A stretch of DNA of 28,512 nt. It comes from an uncultured virus (IMG/VR IMGVR_UViG_3300042560_002070). Its lineage: Duplodnaviria > Heunggongvirae > Uroviricota > Caudoviricetes. The DNA lies in IMG/VR virus record IMGVR_UViG_3300042560_002070; one strand, given 5' to 3'. Made by a program: the position numbers and the translations under genes. The first letter of the stretch is position 1, and every line of letters starts with the position of its first letter. Below are positions 27,701-28,512 of this stretch, one piece after another. The notes below the pieces were generated by a model. It did no database searches. It was not told the origin of the DNA and saw nothing but the letters and a program-made list of their open reading frames with translations.

Positions 27701-28246
27701 ATTATTTATGCTAAATTTTCAGTTTTTGCTGTTAGATCAGATGGTGCTATAAATAAATATGATCGTCGTGTTGTGATAAAAGATGTTGCCAGTCTTGATG
27801 GAACAACTTCTACATTAAGTATATTAGCAACAGATACTATTGGTACTGATATAACAGAAATAAGTGGAGCAAGTATAAGCATTGTTGCTAACTCTGGAAG
27901 TAAAACACTCCAAATAAATGTAACTGGTGAGCCTTCATATGTTGTAACAGGTAATTCAACAACTGATGTTTTAACTGCTGTTGGTCATCCGTTTGCAAAC
28001 AATGATATTGTCGTCTTTACAGCGATAACTGGTGGTGCTGGTTTATCGACAAACATAAATGGAGTGTATTATGAACCGCAATATAAAGTAATCAATGTTT
28101 CTGGAAACGACTTCCAATTGACAGCGGTTGGTTCTGGAACCACCCCTATAAATTTTACAACAGATATAACCGCCGGAACAATATGTAGGCCAATTGTTTG
28201 GTCATCAGAAGGTGCTGAGTTTCATGTAATTGCAGGTGGATACTAG
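24737..28246 (+). CDS. Tail fibre / receptor-binding protein
   Basis: 1169 aa, G/S/T/A/N-rich; WGSITGTLSSQTDLQNALDAK; GGTMTG; internal repeats; YadA-head-like AIG repeats. Confidence 0.85.
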   Translation: MSLGVISPIRNKGLYSDWLSAAPLATSMLTIDTSGNVGSQAIPVAAWGSITGTLSSQTDLQNALDAKLSLSGGTMTGALSGTSATFSSTVTIPAITGSSNLIYVAQNQTFSWEYDSTNTNPALRFTWGGAATTLWGSSSAVNISVQGTNGFRVAAGTTNLAGTLGLGSVSSPTAFLRSDGSNTIDIRNSTNAQRLNLYGTYTDASNYRRLHLSSTTAGAFTLGVEGLGTGASGNTLAIGNSLTVNGIVTPTVGTNTSGINIISSSYLNNEWSDIRFESSFTSGWKIARLRAIARNGYAGALAFHYKSGDGNPNTDTTEGMRITETGLVTFGGTTSSFPAIKRNAAAINFRLADDSGDAEITAGTGRFSGAIYNVGPIYNTSSASSNVYAMYASQYGYAFMRFDNWKTITFNAGESTAYEHSISIAGWRLNTNSNGSAYLHTDAANIFAQRNSTNAQTLRIYGTYTDASNYRRLYISSTTAGAFTLGVEGAGTGASGNTLTVANATTFSSTVTFIGGDYFTPSCYLGSNIRLYGPSNFTVAILGENCSSLDQSNFKFRQQVGLGWSSTSDATASADVYLRRNAAGQLDVRGDSGLRVRNLANTADAAITAGAGTFSSYVYTTADAAATLPLRIRGAASQSANLTEWQSSTGGVWIRVTSNGTIRSATGDQYTPTISNASWGPGHGIIVNGTASCAFAQNNDVVAQVNGSSGVFEFFRPMQVYVQGTGTFATITADTSDTLAFRRSTNTQRFNLYNTFTDTSNYIRQSLSFTTYSSTVHAQLAAEGAGTGAVNVPFVITPRGTGAFIVGPMPDGTATGGNARGAGAVDIQTERNAATQVASNSYLIAIGSRCTATGNSSGGTVAIGRNVNVSDSLGGAFGAGLNTTVTGYRGVAIGAGATAGADSIAIGTGSYASNNNAICIAGSTSRWNGTTYWKLENKTIGQSYLNSLSGSGFLSTTPTIRTTNSSSQILDVSITSSFIASRQRHRGAIIYAKFSVFAVRSDGAINKYDRRVVIKDVASLDGTTSTLSILATDTIGTDITEISGASISIVANSGSKTLQINVTGEPSYVVTGNSTTDVLTAVGHPFANNDIVVFTAITGGAGLSTNINGVYYEPQYKVINVSGNDFQLTAVGSGTTPINFTTDITAGTICRPIVWSSEGAEFHVIAGGY
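25295..25444 (+). repeat. Tail-fibre module copy 1
   Basis: RNSTNAQ...YGTYTDASNYRRL...GASGNTL; 44/50 aa identical to copy 2. Confidence 0.9.
26084..26233 (+). repeat. Tail-fibre module copy 2
   Basis: Shares exact AATAGCACCAACGCCCAA (25298-25315 = 26087-26104) with copy 1. Confidence 0.9.
26960..27030 (+). repeat. Tail-fibre module copy 3 (diverged, partial)
   Basis: RRSTNTQRFNLYNTFTDTSNYIR. Confidence 0.75.
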
Positions 28247-28254
28247 GAGTTTTT

Positions 28255-28419
28255 ATGTCTGAACTTGTTTTGAAATTGTCGAAAGCCCAAGTCGAAGTAG
28301 TCCTAAAGTCTCTCAATCAAGTTTGTCAGGGTGTTGAAGCGGCAAGCGTTATCTTGCCAGTCTTTGCGGAAATCCAGAAGCAAACCAATGAGCAACTTGA
28401 ACCCAAGCAAGGTGAGTAA
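28255..28419 (+). CDS. Small hypothetical protein (54 aa; not in ORF track)
   Basis: AGGAG SD; MSELVLKLSKAQVEVVLKSL...KQGE*. Confidence 0.75.
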   Translation: MSELVLKLSKAQVEVVLKSLNQVCQGVEAASVILPVFAEIQKQTNEQLEPKQGE

Positions 28420-28421
28420 CC

Positions 28422-28512
28422 GTGGCAAACAAAACCGTTGTTTTCAACAATCAAGTTTACAGTGGCACGGCAGGACTAACGCTCTTGCTCATTTCACCGA
28501 CCGATGGAAGCA
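28422..28512 (+). CDS. Hypothetical protein (3'-truncated by window)
   Basis: GTG 2 nt after the previous stop; open to the window end (MANKTVVFNNQ...). Confidence 0.55.
   Translation, partial: MANKTVVFNNQVYSGTAGLTLLLISPTDGS

Larger units (their letters stand above)
1..28512. mobile_element. Tailed dsDNA phage / prophage genome segment
   Basis: Dense, mostly co-directional ORFs with replication, terminase, portal, capsid and tail-fibre genes; no host housekeeping genes; no genome ends or att junctions visible. Confidence 0.95.

Noticed and set aside
24737..28246. Gin/Cin-type tail-fibre inversion by the serine recombinase
   Set aside because: The repeats are direct and I saw no inverted alternative fibre cassette.
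1..28512. CRISPR array, rRNA or recoded stop codons
   Set aside because: No regular repeat-spacer pattern or rRNA-like sequence seen; genes tile densely under the standard code.

Overview
The window looks like one stretch of a tailed dsDNA phage or prophage (Caudoviricetes); a DUF1580-like HTH gene suggests a Planctomycetota host (inference). The left part (1-6133, + strand) is a replication/DNA-metabolism module: UvrD-like helicase C-terminus, ParB-like protein, SF2 helicase, 5'-3' exonuclease, LmbU-like protein, SSB and a GNAT. The middle (6099-8830) is a control module: a sigma70-family factor, a small ORF and the HTH gene on the - strand, interrupted by a + strand gene encoding TWO tandem serine-recombinase catalytic domains. 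The right part (8952-end, + strand) holds scaffold, major capsid, decoration, terminase, portal and adaptor genes, then membrane/accessory genes (thioredoxin-like, PAS+TM, metallophosphoesterase, papain-like peptidase) and a mosaic tail fibre. Best finding: the recombinase ORF is bounded almost exactly at its start and stop by inverted sites (TGTCTAA-N5-CTCC). The right site is an imperfect palindrome around a 2-bp TT/AA core. Flipping the segment on paper keeps the recombinase intact and gives a co-directional HTH-ORF-recombinase-sigma operon. This suggests a self-inverting recombinase switch linked to a phage sigma factor. An alternative is a skin-like excision that would fuse the small ORF in frame to the sigma gene. 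All protein calls come from motifs read by eye; no searches were run.
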